Shown here: positions 22,201 to 37,200 of the stretch, piece after piece
Layout of the letters: each line of letters opens with the position of its first letter
How positions within the stretch are numbered: the stretch's first letter is position 1
NCBI GenBank assembly: GCA_053919585.1
Contig: CM132818.1
DNA: 64,000 nucleotides
Source: Euprymna scolopes
Lineage: Eukaryota
Direction: 5' to 3' (one strand)
The notes under the pieces: model-generated
What the model was told of the DNA's origin: nothing
The model's database searches: none
The model's input: only the letters and a program-made list of their open reading frames with translations
Translations under genes and position numbers: made by a program

Positions 22201-25200
22201 AGAAAACCAGGATGTGACACTGTAAAACACTAGTGAAATGTCAAGAACAAATACCATAGCCTCAAAGATTATGTAGAAAACCAGGATGTGACACTGTAAA
22301 ACACTAGTGAAATGTCAAGAACAAATACCATAGCCTCAAAAATTATGTAGAAAACCAGGATGTGACACTGTAAAACACTAGTGAAATGTCAAGAACAAAT
22401 ACCATAGCCTCAAAAATTATGTAGAAAACCAGGATGTGACACTGTAAAACACTAGTGAAATGTCAAGAACAAATACCATAGCCTCAAAAATTATGTAGAA
22501 AACCAGGATGTGACACTGTAAAACACTAGTGAAATGTCAAGAACAAATACCATAGCCTCAAAAATTATGTAGAAAACCAGGATGTGACACTGTAAAACAC
22601 TAGTGAAATGTCAAGAACAAATACCATAGCTTCAAAGATTATGTAGAAAACCAGGATGTGACACTGTAAAACACTAGTGAAATGTCAAGAACAAATACCA
22701 TAGCCTCAAAAATTATGTAGAAAACCAGGATGTGACACTGTAAAACACTAGTGAAATGTCAAGAACAAATACCATAGCCTCAAAAATTATGTAGAAAACC
22801 AGGATGTGACACTGTAAAACACTAGTGAAATGTCAAGAACAAATACCATAGCTTCAAAGATTATGTAGAAAACCAGGATGTGACACTGTAAAACACTAGT
22901 GAAATGTCAAGAACAAATACCATAGCCTCAAAGATTATGTAGAAAACCAGGATGTGACACTGTAAAACACTAGTGAAATGTCAAGAACAAATACCATAGC
23001 CTCAAAAATTATGTAGAAAACCAGGATGTGACACTGTAAAACACTAGTGAAATGTCAAGAACAAATACCATAGCCTCAAAAATTATGTAGAAAACCAGGA
23101 TGTGACACTGTAAAACACTAGTGAAATGTCAAGAACAAATACCATAGCTTAAAAGATTATGTAGAAAACCAGGATGTGACACTGTAAAACACTAGTGAAA
23201 TGTCAAGAACAAATACCATAGCCTCAAAGATTATGTAGAAAACCAGGATGTGACACTGTAAAACACTAGTGAAATGTCAAGAACAAATACCATAGCCTCA
23301 AAAATTATGTAGAAAACCAGGATGTGACACTGTAAAACACTAGTGAAATGTCAAGAACAAATACCATAGCTTCAAAGATTATGTAGAAAACCAGGATGTG
23401 ACACTGTAAAACACTAGTGAAATGTCAAGAACAAATACCATAGCCTCAAAAATTATGTAGAAAACCAGGATGTGACACTGTAAAACACTAGTGAAATGTC
23501 AAGAACAAATACCATAGCCTCAAAAATTATGTAGAAAACCAGGATGTGACACTGTAAAACACTAGTGAAATGTCAAGAACAAATACCATAGCTTCAAAGA
23601 TTATGTAGAAAACCAGGATGTGACACTGTAAAACACTAGTGAAATGTCAAGAACAAATACCATAGCCTCAAAAATTATGTAGAAAACCAGGATGTGACAC
23701 TGTAAAACACTAGTGAAATGTCAAGAACAAATACCATAGCCTCAAAAATTATGTAGAAAACCAGGATGTGACACTGTAAAACACTAGTGAAATGTCAAGA
23801 ACAAATACCATAGCCTCAAAAATTATGTAGAAAACCAGGATGTGACACTGTAAAACACTAGTGAAATGTCAAGAACAAATACCATAGCCTCAAAAATTAT
23901 GTAGAAAACCAGGATGTGACACTGTAAAACACTAGTGAAATGTCAAGAAAAAATATCATAGCCTCAAAGATTATGTAGAAAACCAGGATGTGACACTGTA
24001 AAACACTAGTGAAATGTCAAGAACAAATACCATAGCCTCAAAAATTATGTAGAAAACCAGGATGTGACACTGTAAAACACTAGTGAAATGTCAAGAACAA
24101 ATACCATAGCCTCAAAAATTATGTAGAAAACCAGGATGTGACACTGTAAAACACTAGTGAAATGTCAAGAACAAATACCATAGCCTCAAAAATTATGTAG
24201 AAAACCAGGATGTGACACTGTAAAACACTAGTGAAATGTCAAGAACAAATACCATAGCCTCAAAAATTATGTAGAAAACCAGGATGTGACACTGTAAAAC
24301 ACTAGTGAAATGTCAAGAACAAATACCATAGCCTCAAAAATTATGTAGAAAACCAGGATGTGACACTGTAAAACACTAGTGAAATGTCAAGAACAAATAC
24401 CATAGCCTCAAAAATTATGTAGAAAACCAGGATGTGACACTGTAAAACACTAGTGAAATGTCAAGAACAAATACCATAGCCTCAAAAATTATGTAGAAAA
24501 CCAGGATGTGACACTGTAAAACACTAGTGAAATGTCAAGAACAAATACCATAGCCTCAAAAATTATGTAGAAAACCAGGATGTGACACTGTAAAACACTA
24601 GTGAAATGTCAAGAACAAATACCATAGCCTCAAAAATTATGTAGAAAACCAGGATGTGACACTGTAAAACACTAGTGAAATGTCAAGAACAAATACCATA
24701 GCCTCAAAAATTATGTAGAAAACCAGGATGTGACACTGTAAAACACTAGTGAAATGTCAAGAACAAATACCATAGCCTCAAAGATTATGTAGAAAACCAG
24801 GATGTGACACTGTAAAACACTAGTGAAATGTCAAGAACAAATACCATAGCCTCAAAGATTATGTAGAAAACCAGGATGTGACACTGTAAAACACTAGTGA
24901 AATGTCAAGAACAAATACCATAGCCTCAAAGATTATGTAGAAAACCAGGATGTGACACTGTAAAACACTAGTGAAATGTCAAGAACAAATACCATAGCCT
25001 CAAAAATTATGTAGAAAACCAGGATGTGACACTGTAAAACACTAGTGAAATGTCAAGAACAAATACCATAGCCTCAAAAATTATGTAGAAAACCAGGATG
25101 TGACACTGTAAAACACTAGTGAAATGTCAAGAACAAATACCATAGCCTCAAAAATTATGTAGAAAACCAGGATGTGACACTGTAAAACACTAGTGAAATG

Positions 25201-28200
25201 TCAAGAACAAATACCATAGCCTCAAAAATTATGTAGAAAACCAGGATGTGACACTGTAAAACACTAGTGAAATGTCAAGAACAAATACCATAGCCTCAAA
25301 AATTATGTAGAAAACCAGGATGTGACACTGTAAAACACTAGTGAAATGTCAAGAACAAATACCATAGCCTCAAAAATTATGTAGAAAACCAGGATGTGAC
25401 ACTGTAAAACACTAGTGAAATGTCAAGAACAAATACCATAGCCTCAAAAATTATGTAGAAAACCAGGATGTGACACTGTAAAACACTAGTGAAATGTCAA
25501 GAACAAATACCATAGCCTCAAAAATTATGTAGAAAACCAGGATGTGACACTGTAAAACACTAGTAAATGTCAAGAACAAATACCATAGCCTCAAAAATTA
25601 TGTAGAAAACCAGGATGTGACACTGTAAAACACTAGTGAAATGTCAAGAACAAATACCATAGCCTCAAAAATTATGTAGAAAACCAGGATGTGACACTGT
25701 AAAACACTAGTGAAATGTCAAGAACAAATACCATAGCCTCAAAAATTATGTAGAAAACCAGGATGTGACACTGTAAAACACTAGTGAAATGTCAAGAACA
25801 AATACCATAGCCTCAAAGATTATGTAGAAAACCAGGATGTGACACTGTAAAACACTAGTGAAATGTCAAGAACAAATACCATAGCCTAAAAGATTATGTA
25901 GAAAACCAGGATGTGACACTGTAAAACACTAGTGAAATGTCAAGAACAAATACCATAGCCTCAAAAATTATGTAGAAAACCAGGATGTGACACTGTAAAA
26001 CACTAGTGAAATGTCAAGAACAAATACCATAGCCTCAAAAATTATGTAGAAAACCAGGATGTGACACTGTAAAACACTAGTGAAATGTCAAGAACAAATA
26101 CCATAGCCTCAAAAATTATGTAGAAAACCAGGATGTGACACTGTAAAACACTAGTGAAATGTCAAGAACAAATACCATAGCCTCAAAAATTATGTAGAAA
26201 ACCAGGATGTGACACTGTAAAACACTAGTGAAATGTCAAGAACAAATACCATAGCCTCAAAAATTATGTAGAAAACCAGGATGTGACACTGTAAAACACT
26301 AGTGAAATGTCAAGAACAAATACCATAGCCTCAAAAATTATGTAGAAAACCAGGATGTGACACTGTAAAACACTAGTGAAATGTCAAGAACAAATACCAT
26401 AGCCTCAAAAATTATGTAGAAAACCAGGATGTGACACTGTAAAACACTAGTGAAATGTCAAGAACAAATACCATAGCCTCAAAGATTATGTAGAAAACCA
26501 GGATGTGACACTGTAAAACACTAGTGAAATGTCAAGAACAAATACCATAGCTTCAAAGATTATGTAGAAAACCAGGATGTGACACTGTAAAACACTAGTG
26601 AAATGTCAAGAACAAATACCATAGCCTCAAAGATTATGTAGAAAACCAGGATGTGACACTGTAAAACACTAGTGAAATGTCAAGAACAAATACCATAGCC
26701 TCAAAAATTATGTAGAAAACCAGGATGTGACACTGTAAAACACTAGTGAAATGTCAAGAACAAATACCATAGCCTAAAAAATTATGTAGAAAACCAGGAT
26801 GTGACACTGTAAAACACTAGTGAAATGTCAAGAACAAATACCATAGCTTCAAAGATTATGTAGAAAACCAGGATGTGACACTGTAAAACACTAGTGAAAT
26901 GTCAAGAACAAATACCATAGCCTCAAAAATTATGTAGAAAACCAGGATGTGACACTGTAAAACACGAGTGAAATGTCAAGAACAAATACCATAGCCTCAA
27001 AGATTATGTAGAAAACCAGGATGTGACACTGTAAAACACTAGTGAAATGTCAAGAACAAATACCATAGCCTCAAAGATTATGTAGAAAACCAGGATGTGA
27101 CACTGTAAAACACTAGTGAAATGTCAAGAACAAATACCATAGCCTCAAAGATTATGTAGAAAACCAGGATGTGACACTGTAAAACACTAGTGAAATGTCA
27201 AGAACAAATACCATAGCCTCAAAAATTATGTAGAAAACCAGGATGTGACACTGTAAAACACTAGTGAAATGTCAAGAACAAATACCATAGCCTCAAAAAT
27301 TATGTAGAAAACCAGGATGTGACACTGTAAAACACTAGTGAAATGTCAAGAACAAATACCATAGCCTCAAAAATTATGTAGAAAACCAGGATGTGACACT
27401 GTAAAACACTAGTGAAATGTCAAGAACAAATACCATAGCCTCAAAAATTATGTAGAAAACCAGGATGTGACACTGTAAAACACTAGTGAAATGTCAAGAA
27501 CAAATACCATAGCCTCAAAAATTATGTAGAAAACCAGGATGTGACACTGTAAAACACTAGTGAAATGTCAAGAACAAATACCATAGCCTCAAAAATTATG
27601 TAGAAAACCAGGATGTGACACTGTAAAACACTAGTGAAATGTCAAGAACAAATACCATAGCCTCAAAAATTATGTAGAAAACCAGGATGTGACACTGTAA
27701 AACACTAGTGAAATGTCAAGAACAAATACCATAGCCTCAAAAATTATGTAGAAAACCAGGATGTGACACTGTAAAACACTAGTAAATGTCAAGAACAAAT
27801 ACCATAGCCTCAAAAATTATGTAGAAAACCAGGATGTGACACTGTAAAACACTAGTGAAATGTCAAGAACAAATACCATAGCCTCAAAAATTATGTAGAA
27901 AACCAGGATGTGACACTGTAAAACACTAGTGAAATGTCAAGAACAAATACCATAGCCTCAAAAATTATGTAGAAAACCAGGATGTGACACTGTAAAACAC
28001 TAGTGAAATGTCAAGAACAAATACCATAGCCTCAAAGATTATGTAGAAAACCAGGATGTGACACTGTAAAACACTAGTGAAATGTCAAGAACAAATACCA
28101 TAGCCTAAAAGATTATGTAGAAAACCAGGATGTGACACTGTAAAACACTAGTGAAATGTCAAGAACAAATACCATAGCCTCAAAAATTATGTAGAAAACC

Positions 28201-31200
28201 AGGATGTGACACTGTAAAACACTAGTGAAATGTCAAGAACAAATACCATAGCCTCAAAAATTATGTAGAAAACCAGGATGTGACACTGTAAAACACTAGT
28301 GAAATGTCAAGAACAAATACCATAGCCTCAAAAATTATGTAGAAAACCAGGATGTGACACTGTAAAACACTAGTGAAATGTCAAGAACAAATACCATAGC
28401 CTCAAAAATTATGTAGAAAACCAGGATGTGACACTGTAAAACACTAGTGAAATGTCAAGAACAAATACCATAGCCTCAAAAATTATGTAGAAAACCAGGA
28501 TGTGACACTGTAAAACACTAGTGAAATGTCAAGAACAAATACCATAGCCTCAAAAATTATGTAGAAAACCAGGATGTGACACTGTAAAACACTAGTGAAA
28601 TGTCAAGAACAAATACCATAGCCTCAAAAATTATGTAGAAAACCAGGATGTGACACTGTAAAACACTAGTGAAATGTCAAGAACAAATACCATAGCCTCA
28701 AAGATTATGTAGAAAACCAGGATGTGACACTGTAAAACACTAGTGAAATGTCAAGAACAAATACCATAGCTTCAAAGATTATGTAGAAAACCAGGATGTG
28801 ACACTGTAAAACACTAGTGAAATGTCAAGAACAAATACCATAGCCTCAAAGATTATGTAGAAAACCAGGATGTGACACTGTAAAACACTAGTGAAATGTC
28901 AAGAACAAATACCATAGCCTCAAAAATTATGTAGAAAACCAGGATGTGACACTGTAAAACACTAGTGAAATGTCAAGAACAAATACCATAGCCTCAAAAA
29001 TTATGTAGAAAACCAGGATGTGACACTGTAAAACACTAGTGAAATGTCAAGAACAAATACCATAGCTTCAAAGATTATGTAGAAAACCAGGATGTGACAC
29101 TGTAAAACACTAGTGAAATGTCAAGAACAAATACCATAGCCTCAAAAATTATGTAGAAAACCAGGATGTGACACTGTAAAACACGAGTGAAATGTCAAGA
29201 ACAAATACCATAGCCTCAAAGATTATGTAGAAAACCAGGATGTGACACTGTAAAACACTAGTGAAATGTCAAGAACAAATACCATAGCCTCAAAAATTAT
29301 GTAGAAAACCAGGATGTGACACTGTAAAACACTAGTGAAATGTCAAGAACAAATACCATAGCCTCAAAGATTATGTAGAAAACCAGGATGTGACACTGTA
29401 AAACACTAGTGAAATGTCAAGAACAAATACCATAGCCTCAAAAATTATGTAGAAAACCAGGATGTGACACTGTAAAACACTAGTGAAATGTCAAGAACAA
29501 ATACCATAGCCTCAAAGATTATGTAGAAAACCAGGATGTGACACTGTAAAACACTAGTGAAATGTCAAGAACAAATACCATAGCCTCAAAAATTATGTAG
29601 AAAACCAGGATGTGACACTGTAAAACACTAGTGAAATGTCAAGAACAAATACCATAGCCTCAAAGATTATGTAGAAAACCAGGATGTGACACTGTAAAAC
29701 ACTAGTGAAATGTCAAGAACAAATACCATAGCCTCAAAAATTATGTAGAAAACCAGGATGTGACACTGTAAAACACTAGTGAAATGTCAAGAACAAATAC
29801 CATAGCTTCAAAGATTATGTAGAAAACCAGGATGTGACACTGTAAAACACTAGTGAAATGTCAAGAACAAATACCATAGCCTCAAAGATTATGTAGAAAA
29901 CCAGGATGTGACACTGTAAAACACTAGTGAAATGTCAAGAACAAATACCATAGCCTCAAAAATTATGTAGAAAACCAGGATGTGACACTGTAAAACACTA
30001 GTGAAATGTCAAGAACAAATACCATAGCCTCAAAGATTATGTAGAAAACCAGGATGTGACACTGTAAAACACTAGTGAAATGTCAAGAACAAATACCATA
30101 GCCTCAAAAATTATGTAGAAAACCAGGATGTGACACTGTAAAACACTAGTGAAATGTCAAGAACAAATACCATAGCCTCAAAGATTATGTAGAAAACCAG
30201 GATGTGACACTGTAAAACACTAGTGAAATGTCAAGAACAAATACCATAGCCTCAAAAATTATGTAGAAAACCAGGATGTGACACTGTAAAACACGAGTGA
30301 AATGTCAAGAACAAATACCATAGCCTCAAAGATTATGTAGAAAACCAGGATGTGACACTGTAAAACACTAGTGAAATGTCAAGAACAAATACCATAGCCT
30401 CAAAAATTATGTAGAAAACCAGGATGTGACACTGTAAAACACTAGTGAAATGTCAAGAACAAATACCATAGCCTCAAAGATTATGTAGAAAACCAGGATG
30501 TGACACTGTAAAACACTAGTGAAATGTCAAGAACAAATACCATAGCCTCAAAAATTATGTAGAAAACCAGGATGTGACACTGTAAAACACTAGTGAAATG
30601 TCAAGAACAAATACCATAGCTTCAAAGATTATGTAGAAAACCAGGATGTGACACTGTAAAACACTAGTGAAATGTCAAGAACAAATACCATAGCCTCAAA
30701 GATTATGTAGAAAACCAGGATGTGACACTGTAAAACACTAGTGAAATGTCAAGAACAAATACCATAGCCTCAAAAATTATGTAGAAAACCAGGATGTGAC
30801 ACTGTAAAACACTAGTGAAATGTCAAGAACAAATACCATAGCCTCAAAAATTATGTAGAAAACCAAGATGTGACACTGTAAAACACTAGTGAAATGTCAA
30901 GAACAAATACCATAGCCTCAAAAATTATGTAGAAAACCAGGATGTGACACTGTAAAACACTAGTGAAATGTCAAGAACAAATACCATAGCCTCAAAAATT
31001 ATGTAGAAAACCAGGATGTGACACTGTAAAACACTAGTGAAATGTCAAGAACAAATACCATAGCCTCAAAAATTATGTAGAAAACCAGGATGTGACACTG
31101 TAAAACACTAGTGAAATGTCAAGAACAAATACCATAGCCTCAAAAATTATGTAGAAAACCAGGATGTGACACTGTAAAACACTAGTGAAATGTCAAGAAC

Positions 31201-34200
31201 AAATACCATAGCCTCAAAAATTATGTAGAAAACCAGGATGTGACACTGTAAAACACTAGTGAAATGTCAAGAACAAATACCATAGCCTCAAAGATTATGT
31301 AGAAAACCAGGATGTGACACTGTAAAACACTAGTGAAATGTCAAGAACAAATACCATAGCCTCAAAAATTATGTAGAAAACCAGGATGTGACACTGTAAA
31401 ACACTAGTGAAATGTCAAGAACAAATACCATAGCCTCAAAAATTATGTAGAAAACCAGGATGTGACACTGTAAAACACTAGTGAAATGCCAAGAACAAAT
31501 ACCATAGCCTCAAAAATTATGTAGAAAACCAGGATGTGACACTGTAAAACACTAGTGAAATGTCAAGAACAAATACCATAGCCTCAAAGATTATGTAGAA
31601 AACCAGGATGTGACACTGTAAAACACTAGTGAAATGTCAAGAACAAATACCATAGCTTCAAAGATTATGTAGAAAACCAGGATGTGACACTGTAAAACAC
31701 TAGTGAAATGTCAAGAACAAATACCATAGCTTCAAAAATTATGTAGAAAACCAGGATGTGACACTGTAAAACACTAGTGAAATGTCAAGAACAAATACCA
31801 TAGCCTCAAAAATTATGTAGAAAACCAGGATGTGACACTGTAAAACACTAGTGAAATGTCAAGAACAAATACCATAGCTTCAAAGATTATGTAGAAAACC
31901 AGGATGTGACACTGTAAAACACTAGTGAAATGTCAAGAACAAATACCATAGCCTCAAAGATTATGTAGAAAACCAGGATGTGACACTGTAAAACACTAGT
32001 GAAATGTCAAGAACAAATACCATAGCCTCAAAAATTATGTAGAAAACCAGGATGTGACACTGTAAAACACTAGTGAAATGTCAAGAACAAATACCATAGC
32101 CTCAAAAATTATGTAGAAAACCAGGATGTGACACTGTAAAACACTAGTGAAATGTCAAGAACAAATACCATAGCTTCAAAAATTATGTAGAAAACCAGGA
32201 TGTGACACTGTAAAACACTAGTGAAATGTCAAGAACAAATACCATAGCCTCAAAGATTATGTAGAAAACCAGGATGTGACACTGTAAAACACTAGTGAAA
32301 TGTCAAGAACAAATACCATAGCCTCAAAAATTATGTAGAAAACCAGGATGTGACACTGTAAAACACTAGTGAAATGTCAAGAACAAATACCATAGCTTCA
32401 AAGATTATGTAGAAAACCAGGATGTGACACTGTAAAACACTAGTGAAATGTCAAGAACAAATACCATAGCCTCAAAGATTATGTAGAAAACCAGGATGTG
32501 ACACTGTAAAACACTAGTGAAATGTCAAGAACAAATACCATAGCCTCAAAAATTATGTAGAAAACCAGGATGTGACACTGTAAAACACTAGTGAAATGTC
32601 AAGAACAAATACCATAGCCTCAAAAATTATGTAGAAAACCAGGATGTGACACTGTAAAACACTAGTGAAATGTCAAGAACAAATACCATAGCTTCAAAAA
32701 TTATGTAGAAAACCAGGATGTGACACTGTAAAACACTAGTGAAATGTCAAGAACAAATACCATAGCCTCAAAGATTATGTAGAAAACCAGGATGTGACAC
32801 TGTAAAACACTAGTGAAATGTCAAGAACAAATACCATAGCCTCAAAAATTATGTAGAAAACCAGGATGTGACACTGTAAAACACTAGTGAAATGTCAAGA
32901 ACAATACCATAGCTTCAAAGATTATGTAGAAAACCAGGATGTGACACTGTAAAACACTAGTGAAATGTCAAGAACAAATACCATAGCCTCAAAGATTATG
33001 TAGAAACCAGGATGTGACACTGTAAAACACTAGTGAAATGTCAAGAACAAATACCATAGCCTCAAAAATTATGTAGAAAACCAGGATGTGACACTGTAAA
33101 ACACTAGTGAAATGTCAAGAACAAATACCATAGCCTCAAAAATTATGTAGAAAACCAGGATGTGACACTGTAAAACACTAGTGAAATGTCAAGAACAAAT
33201 ACCATAGCTTCAAAAATTATGTAGAAAACCAGGATGTGACACTGTAAAACACTAGTGAAATGTCAAGAACAAATACCATAGCCTCAAAGATTATGTAGAA
33301 AACCAGGATGTGACACTGTAAAACACTAGTGAAATGTCAAGAACAAATACCATAGCCTCAAAAATTATGTAGAAAACCAGGATGTGACACTGTAAAACAC
33401 TAGTGAAATGTCAAGAACAAATACCATAGCCTCAAAAATTATGTAGAAAACCAGGATGTGACACTGTAAAACACTAGTGAAATGTCAAGAACAAATACCA
33501 TAGCCTCAAAAATTATGTAGAAAACCAGGATGTGACACTGTAAAACACTAGTGAAATGTCAAGAACAAATACCATAGCTTCAAAGATTATGTAGAAAACC
33601 AGGATGTGACACTGTAAAACACTAGTGAAATGTCAAGAACAAATACCATAGCCTCAAAAATTATGTAGAAAACCAGGATGTGACACTGTAAAACACTAGT
33701 GAAATGTCAAGAACAAATACCATAGCCTCAAAAATTATGTAGAAAACCAGGATGTGACACTGTAAAACACTAGTGAAATGTCAAGAACAAATACCATAGC
33801 CTCAAAAATTATGTAGAAAACCAGGATGTGACACTGTAAAACACTAGTGAAATGTCAAGAACAAATACCATAGCCTCAAAGATTATGTAGAAAACCAGGA
33901 TGTGACACTGTAAAACACTAGTGAAATGTCAAGAACAAATACCATAGCCTCAAAAATTATGTAGAAAACCAGGATGTGACACTGTAAAACACTAGTGAAA
34001 TGTCAAGAACAAATACCATAGCCTCAAAAATTATGTAGAAAACCAGGATGTGACACTGTAAAACACTAGTGAAATGTCAAGAACAAATACCATAGCCTCA
34101 AAAATTATGTAGAAAACCAGGATGTGACACTGTAAAACACTAGTGAAATGTCAAGTACAAATACCATAGCCTCAAAGATTATGTAGAAAACCAGGATGTG

Positions 34201-37200
34201 ACACTGTAAAACACTAGTGAAATGTCAAGAACAAATACCATAGCCTCAAAGATTATGTAGAAAACCAGGATGTGACACTGTAAAACACTAGTGAAATGTC
34301 AAGAACAAATACCATAGCCTCAAAAATTATGTAGAAAACCAGGATGTGACACTGTAAAACACTAGTGAAATGTCAAGAACAAATACCATAGCTTCAAAGA
34401 TTATGTAGAAAACCAGGATGTGACACTGTAAAACACTAGTGAAATGTCAAGAACAAATACCATAGCCTCAAAAATTATGTAGAAAACCAGGATGTGACAC
34501 TGTAAAACACTAGTGAAATGTCAAGAACAAATACCATAGCCTCAAAAATTATGTAGAAAACCAGGATGTGACACTGTAGAACACTAGTGAAATGTCAAGA
34601 ACAAATACCATAGCCTCAAAAATTATGTAGAAAACCAGGATGTGACACTGTAAAACACTAGTGAAATGTCAAGAATAAATACCATAGCCTCAAAGATTAT
34701 GTAGAAAACCAGGATGTGACACTGTAAAACACTAGTGAAATGTCAAGAACAAATACCATAGCCTCAAAAATTATGTAGAAAACCAGGATGTGACACTGTA
34801 AAACACTAGTGAAATGTCAAGAACAAATACCATAGCCTCAAAAATTATGTAGAAAACCAGGATGTGACACTGTAAAACACTAGTGAAATGTCAAGAACAA
34901 ATACCATAGCCTCAAAAATTATGTAGAAAACCAGGATGTGACACTGTAAAACACTAGTGAAATGTCAAGAACAAATACCATAGCCTCAAAAATTATGTAG
35001 AAAACCAGGATGTGACACTGTAAAACACTAGTGAAATGTCAAGAACAAATACCATAGCTTCAAAGATTATGTAGAAAACCAGGATGTGACACTGTAAAAC
35101 ACTAGTGAAATGTCAAGAACAAATACCATAGCCTCAAAAATTATGTAGAAAACCAGGATGTGACACTGTAAAACACTAGTGAAATGTCAAGAACAAATAC
35201 CATAGCTTCAAAAATTATGTAGAAAACCAGGATGTGACACTGTAAAACACTAGTGAAATGTCAAGAACAAATACCATAGCTTCAAAGATTATGTAGAAAA
35301 CCAGGATGTTACACTGTAAAACACTAGTGAAATGTCAAGAACAAATACCATAGCTTCAAAGATTATGTAGAAAACCAGGATGTGACACTGTAAAACACTA
35401 GTGAAATGTCAAGAACAAATACCATAGCTTCAAAGATTATGTAGAAAACCAGGATGTGACACTGTAAAACACTAGTGAAATGTCAAGAACAAATACCATA
35501 GCTTCAAAGATTATGTAGAAAACCAGGATGTGACACTGTAAAACACTAGTGAAATGTCAAGAACAAATACCATAGCTTCAAAAATTATGTAGAAAACCAG
35601 GATGTGACACTGTAAAACACTAGTGAAATGTCAAGAACAAATACCATAGCCTCAAAGATTATGTAGAAAACCAGGATGTGACACTGTAAAACACTAGTGA
35701 AATGTCAAGAACAAATACCATAGCCTCAAAGATTATGTAGAAAACCAGGATGTGACACTGTAAAACACTAGTGAAATGTCAAGAACAAATACCATAGCCT
35801 CAAAAATTATGTAGAAAACCAGGATGTGACACTGTAAAACACTAGTGAAATGCCAAGAACAAATACCATAGCCTCAAAAATTATGTAGAAAACCAGGATG
35901 TGACACTGTAAAACACTAGTGAAATGTCAAGAACAAATACCATAGCCTCAAAAATTATGTAGAAAACCAGGATGTGACACTGTAAAACACTAGTGAAATG
36001 TCAAGAACAAATACCATAGCCTCAAAATTATGTAGAAAACCAGGATGTGACACTGTAAAACACTAGTGAAATGTCAAGAACAAATACCATAGCCTCAAAA
36101 ATTATGTAGAAAACCAGGATGTGACACTGTAAAACACTAGTGAAATGTCAAGAACAAATACCATAGCTTCAAAGATTATGTAGAAAACCAGGATGTGACA
36201 CTGTAAAACACTAGTGAAATGTCAAGAACAAATACCATAGCCTCAAAAATTATGTAGAAAACCAGGATGTGACACTGTAAAACACTAGTGAAATGTCAAG
36301 AACAAATACCATAGCTTCAAAGATTATGTAGAAAACCAGGATGTGACACTGTAAAACACTAGTGAAATGTCAAGAACAAATACCATAGCCTCAAAAATTA
36401 TGTAGAAAACCAGGATGTGACACTGTAAAACACTAGTGAAATGTCAAGAACAAATACCATAGCCTCAAAAATTATGTAGAAAACCAGGATGTGACACTGT
36501 AAAACACTAGTGAAATGTCAAGAACAAATACCACAGCCTCAAAAATTATGTAGAAAACCAGGATGTGACACTGTAAAACACTAGTGAAATGTCAAGAACA
36601 AATACCATAGCCTCAAAAATTATGTAGAAAACCAGGATGTGACACTGTAAAACACTAGTGAAATGTCAAGAACAAATACCATAGCCTCAAAAATTATGTA
36701 GAAAACCAGGATGTGACACTGTAAAACACTAGTGAAATGTCAAGAACAAATACCATAGCCTCAAAAATTATGTAGAAAACCAGGATGTGACACTGTAAAA
36801 CACTAGTGAAATGTCAAGAACAAATACCATAGCCTCAAAAATTATGTAGAAAACCAGGATGTGACACTGTAAAACACTAGTGAAATGTCAAGAACAAATA
36901 CCATAGCCTCAAAAATTATGTAGAAAACCAGGATGTGACACTGTAAAACACTAGTGAAATGTCAAGAACAAATACCATAGCCTCAAAAATTATGTAGAAA
37001 ACCAGGATGTGACACTGTAAAACACTAGTGAAATGTCAAGAACAAATACCATAGCCTCAAAGATTATGTAGAAAACCAGGATGTGACACTGTAAAACACT
37101 AGTGAAATGTCAAGAACAAATACCATAGCCTCAAAGATTATGTAGAAAACCAGGATGTGACACTGTAAAACACTAGTGAAATGTCAAGAACAAATACCAT

